64,000 bases of DNA from Candidatus Marinacidobacterales bacterium (GTDB taxonomy: Bacteria > Acidobacteriota > Vicinamibacteria > Marinacidobacterales > DATDRI01). A program made the translations under genes and the position numbers. This document shows positions 59,869-64,000 of the stretch, one piece after another (position 1 is the stretch's first letter; each line of letters begins with the position of its first letter). The stretch spans positions 1,472,001 through 1,536,000 of the forward strand of contig CBDCNP010000002.1 in assembly GCA_965219415.1 (NCBI GenBank), written 5' to 3'. The notes under the pieces were generated by a model that was given only the letters and a program-made list of their open reading frames with translations, was not told the DNA's origin and did not search any database.

Positions 59869-62123
59869 CGAGGGGACCGGCGCGAAGAGGTGTTGCTGGA
59901 CGAGATTGCCTTCGACAAACGGTGCTTGGCCAAGGAGTAGCTCATAGAGCGCGGCTCCTAGCGAGTAGATATCGGAGCGCGCATCACTAGGCTCTCCGCG
60001 AGCTTGCTCGGGCGCAATGTATTTCGGAGTTCCGGCGACGATCCCCGCCAGGCCTTTGATCGATCGGCATGGACAAGCCAAAGTCGACGATCTTTACCCG
60101 GTCCTCGTTCGTCAAGAGGAGGTTTGACGGTTTCGGGTCTCGATGCACGATCCCTCGGTGATGTGCGTGGTCGAGGCCCTGACAAACTGAAACGAGAAGG
60201 TGCATCGTTTCGGCGATGGTCAGACGTTTTTTCTTCTTGAGCAGTGCGGCGTAGCTTTCTCCTTCGATAAGCTCCATGCAGATGAAGGTACTCCCGTTGG
60301 CGAATCCGATATCGTGGACGGTGATGATGTTCGGGTGATTGAGCCCCGCCGCGGCACGTGCCTCATCGATGAGCTGACGCCGTGCCTCCGGCTCCCCAGC
60401 CAACTTCTCCGACAGGACTTTATAGGCCACCGCGCGCTTCAATAAGTTGTCGAAGGCTCGATACACCGAGCCCATCCCGCCCTCGCCCAAGAGGTTTTGG
60501 ATCTCATACCTTGCACCGTCTTGTAGGTCGCTGGGGCTGCGGAACGCACCCTCCTGCTGCTCCTGCTCCTTGATTTGCTCCAGCAAGCGGCGATGCCGAG
60601 AGCCTACGTCTCCATAGTTGTGCTTCACGGCGAGAATCCTGTGGAGCAGGTCGGCCGCCATTTTGAGATTGCCCTGCGATTCGTACGCCTGGGCGAGAAG
60701 ATCCCACAGGTTCAACTCCTCGACCTGAACCTCCTTGCCGGCTCGAATCGAATCGAGCTTGTCGACGGCTAGGGAACCCCAACCTCGGGCGATGAAACTC
60801 TTGGCGAGCGCTTCGACCGCCATCCGATAGTTCTCGTGCCCAGGCTCGACTCGCTGTAGAAGCTCTACTCTTTGGTCTTCCGAGGATTTGCCTCCTAGCT
60901 GGGCAGCCTCGAAGAAGCGTCCCGATTCGGCAAAGAGATCCATCGCTCGATCGGAATCTCCAATGTCCCGATAGATCTCCGCGGCCTTGTCCAGATCATT
61001 GGCCTTTTCGAGCAAGGCAGCGGCGCGGGCTCTCGCACCCGCTCGCATGGCGGCATCCGCGGCTTCGGAGTATGCCTCGACCGCTTCGTAGCAATCTGCC
61101 GCTGACTCGAATTGCTCGATGCTGACAAAAATCTCTGCCGCCCGCACATGATCCCCGCCGCGGAGAAAAGCCTCGGCAGCCAACTGGTGGTCCCCTTCAT
61201 CAAGCGCCTGCTCTCCGCGAAGAGAATCTGCTGAACGATCGTCCCCGGCTCTCTTGAACATCTCGATGGCACGCGAAGTCTCCGCCGCCGCGTTGTAGAG
61301 CTCGGCGGCACGCCGGTATTCCTCCAACTTTTCTGCAACCTCTGCAGCGGCGCTGTATTCGCCAGCTTCCTCGAGCAGCGTGGCAGCTTCGGGAAGTTTC
61401 CCGACTTTTTCGAAACACCGAGCGGCGAGGATCGAAAGCTTCCGCCTCCGGTCTCTCGGCCCTTCGGCGAGATACCGTGCTTCGACGCCGGCGTCGGTGA
61501 TTCGTGATTTATAGGCCAACGCCGCGAGCAAGAACTCCCCCGCCTTCTCGAACGCTTCGCCCGCCTGAACGTGGCGTCCACTTTGTTCGTAGATTTTCCC
61601 GGCGCGGACGAAATCGCCCGTCTTCTCGAAGGCCGCCGCCGCCTTGGAGTAGTGATGTCCTTTGCTATAGGCCTCCGCAGCCTTCGGATTGTTGTCCGGC
61701 CCCTTCCAAGGCATCGCCCGCTTCCAAGAAGTGACCGCCCTCCGCGAAGAGCTCCGCAGCACGAACGGGGTTGCCGGTCTCCATGAATACCGCCGCGGCC
61801 TTGTCGAAGGCGCCGACCTCAGCGAACAACTCGGCGGCACGTTCGTCCTCGCTCGACTGCTTCAGCAATTCCGCCGCCTGCACTTTGTCGCCCGCAAGCA
61901 GGAAATACTTCACGGCAAGGTCGGCGCGGTCCATTCGCAGGGCGAGCTCGGCGCACAAGGTATAGTCTCGGGCCCTATTGTACCGTTCGAGCACACCCTG
62001 CAGATCACCGACCCGTTCGTAGCAGTTCCCGGCCCGACGCCAATCGCCCTCCTCCTCAGCACGCCGGGCCTCGCGGACGTGGTCCAGCGACTGCTCTCCC
62101 AGCATGTTCTTGAGCCAAGCCAT
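59734..62123 (-). CDS. Cytoplasmic Ser/Thr kinase with long N-terminal helical repeat solenoid (indels)
   Basis: About 13-aa AAE.FEKAG repeats; LGEGGMG, HRDPKPSN, DFG, GTPKYIAPE, SDIYSLG. Confidence 0.82.
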
Positions 62124-62274
62124 AGCGATCTCGGCCGCTCGGTAGGAGCGACCAATCCCTCCTCGGAACGGTATTTCATCCCGCTAAGAGCTGAATTTCC
62201 TTGGGATCTATGCGGTAATTTTAGGTTTGAGAATATTCTACCAGCCGAGAGAGCCCAGCACTATCGCGACATCT

Positions 62275-62523
62275 GGTGCCTCAATGCGCGCTCACTCCTC
62301 GTTCCCGCCGTAGTTCTCGACGATTCGCGTCCAACGAAGGCGGACGCGCGCTTGGCGCCTCGCTCATCGCTCGACTACCTGTCGTCGGCCCACTCGGGCC
62401 GGGCTCGCTCCATTTCTTAGTGCGGCGGGGCCCCACCCCCACCGCTGTCCCTTCGCCGGCATGCGGCTTCGGGACAGCTGACGGCTCTTCGCGCAGGGTG
62501 CACTGAATCCGTGAGCACCCTGC
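62275..62523. repeat. Multi-hairpin GC-rich intergenic element (REP/MITE-like or ncRNA)
   Basis: Stems cgcgtcc/ggacgcg, gcggcggggg/cccccaccgc, gctgtccc/gggacagc, gcagggtgc/gcaccctgc. Confidence 0.5.
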
Positions 62524-62531
62524 TGGCGGCG

Positions 62532-63506
62532 CTAGCCGGGCCTGCCAGGATGCAGGCTTTCTTGATGCGTGAAGTTGAGCTGTTCTTTGATCAAGTACGT
62601 CGGACGAGCCTTGGTCTCCTCGAAGAGTCGACCGATGTACTCACCGAGAATGCCCATGCCGACGAGCTGAGTGCCGGAAAGAAAGAAGATGGCGAGAATG
62701 AGAGAAGTCCACCCCGGAGCCTGCCGAGGGTTGTACCCCAGGATGGTCGTATCGGTCACGTACTGCAGAAAAAACAGAAAGGCGGCGGTAAACGAAAGCA
62801 CGCCGATGAGAATGCCGACGATTGCCAGCACCCGAAGCGGCTTGAAGGAGAAGTTCACGATGCCGTCGAGAGCCAAGTTCAACAAACTGGCGAAGGTGTA
62901 CTTCGGCCTTCCGGCTTCACGCGCCCCTCGCTCGTACTCGAGCCCTGCTTGGTGATAGCCCACCCAAGTGCGCAGACCCCGCACGAAACGGTTGCGCTCA
63001 GGAAGCGTGTTCATAGTGTCGACCACCCGTCGACTCATGACGCAGAAGTCGCCCGAGTCGAGGGGGATGTCGACCGAGGCGAGTGACCTCAACAAGCGAT
63101 AGTAAAACCAATAGCTAATACGCTTGAGTGGACCTTCCTTGCGGTGCGTCCGGACGGCATAGACGACGTCGTAGCCTTCTCGGCACTTGTCGATGAACGC
63201 TTTGAGCTCCTCGGGTGGGTCCTGTAGATCGGCATCCATGACCGCCACGACATCCCCCGAGGCGTAACACAGACCGGCGGTGACCGCGGACTGATGTCCG
63301 AAATTACGCGTGAAGCAAAGGACCTTGAAGCGCTTGTCTTCACTCGCGATGTCGCGCATTAATTCCAGAGAGCGGTCCCAGCTCCCATCGTCTATAAGGA
63401 TGCACTCGAAGTTCTCGTTCCACGAGGACGCCGCGGCGACGAGGCGCCGGTGAAGGATCGGTAGGCATTCGGACTCGTTATAGACGGGAATGACGATCGA
63501 GATCAC
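62532..63506 (-). CDS. Glycosyltransferase family 2 (GtrB/DPM-synthase-like)
   Basis: IPVYNE, DDGS, RNFGHQ, DADLQDPPE, two C-terminal TM helices. Confidence 0.93.
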   Translation of the reverse strand: MISIVIPVYNESECLPILHRRLVAAASSWNENFECILIDDGSWDRSLELMRDIASEDKRFKVLCFTRNFGHQSAVTAGLCYASGDVVAVMDADLQDPPEELKAFIDKCREGYDVVYAVRTHRKEGPLKRISYWFYYRLLRSLASVDIPLDSGDFCVMSRRVVDTMNTLPERNRFVRGLRTWVGYHQAGLEYERGAREAGRPKYTFASLLNLALDGIVNFSFKPLRVLAIVGILIGVLSFTAAFLFFLQYVTDTTILGYNPRQAPGWTSLILAIFFLSGTQLVGMGILGEYIGRLFEETKARPTYLIKEQLNFTHQESLHPGRPG

Positions 63507-63561
63507 GTGGCTTATTTACCCGAGCCGCAGCTCGCAGGCAAACGGAGGTGAGTCGGATTCG

Positions 63562-64000
63562 CTAGCGAAACCGCTCTTCCTTCCACGGGTCGCCCCGCAT
63601 GTGATAACCGCCGCGTTCCCAGAAGCCAGCTTCGTCTTCCGAAAGGAGCTCGAAGGCCTTGATCCACTTGGCGCTCTTCCAAGCATAGCGCTTGGGTACG
63701 ACTAATCGGACCGGACCGCCGTGGTGGGAAGGGAGAGGTTGTCCGTCATGGGTATCGGCCAGCAGGGTGTCTTCGGTAAGCAAATCCTCGAGCCGAAGGT
63801 TGGTGCTGTAGCCCTGGTCGTGGCCATGCACCAGGACGAATCGCGCTCGGGGCGACGGCTCGGCTCGAGAAATCAGCTCCCGCGTCGAGACTCCTTCCCA
63901 GAGATTCCCCAGTCGTGACCAGCGGGTGACGCAGTGCATGTCGGCGAAAACTTTGACCCGGGGAAGTGCCCGCAGCCCTTTTAGATCCAGCGAGATCGGC
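63562..64000 (-). CDS. Sulfite oxidase-like molybdopterin oxidoreductase (5' end outside window)
   Basis: HCVTRWS, HGGPVRLVVP, WKSAKW, GFWERGGYH. Confidence 0.9.
   Translation of the reverse strand, partial: PISLDLKGLRALPRVKVFADMHCVTRWSRLGNLWEGVSTRELISRAEPSPRARFVLVHGHDQGYSTNLRLEDLLTEDTLLADTHDGQPLPSHHGGPVRLVVPKRYAWKSAKWIKAFELLSEDEAGFWERGGYHMRGDPWKEERFR

Noticed and set aside
1249-62123. Many split ORFs read as programmed frameshifts or true pseudogenes
   Set aside because: Single-base indels, often at short homopolymers, with conserved sequence on both sides; sequencing error is the simplest explanation, though this cannot be proven without reads

Overview
GC-rich bacterial chromosomal window. 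Gene content suggests Acidobacteriota (Vicinamibacteria-like); this is an inference. Many single-base indels split otherwise intact genes, which looks like long-read error. From left to right: (1) a surface-glycan modification locus (YfhO-like membrane proteins, sulfatase, GT4s, rmlD/rmlC, radical SAM-SPASM, SGNH hydrolase, six-hairpin glycosidase, DegT aminotransferase); (2) E. coli-type fumarate reductase frdABCD, divergent from a variant System I cytochrome c maturation cluster (CxxxY CcmE, Cys-rich CcmH, three accessory genes, and a ccmD missed by the ORF track); (3) an acyl-CoA/amino-acid catabolic block; (4) a ~15 kb accessory signalling/surface region with a kinase-PEGA-TonB fusion, an orphan pilY1 hit by IS30 and ISL3, an RHH plus DUF4388-kinase unit, a HEAT protein, a secreted protein, IS256, and three good sigma54 promoters; (5) a second catabolic block with two kynureninase-like PLP enzymes; (6) a membrane-anchored winged-helix regulator followed by an 11-bp-periodic operator, yjbQ and a B12 radical SAM gene; (7) a repeat-solenoid kinase, a structured intergenic element, a GT2 and a Mo-oxidoreductase. 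About eight abrupt mid-gene junctions point to deletion-driven decay or assembly chimerism. No rRNA, tRNA or CRISPR array was seen. The best candidates for undescribed systems are the wHTH-operator-YjbQ-B12 radical SAM unit, the sigma54 surface/kinase island, and the extended CxxxY ccm operon.
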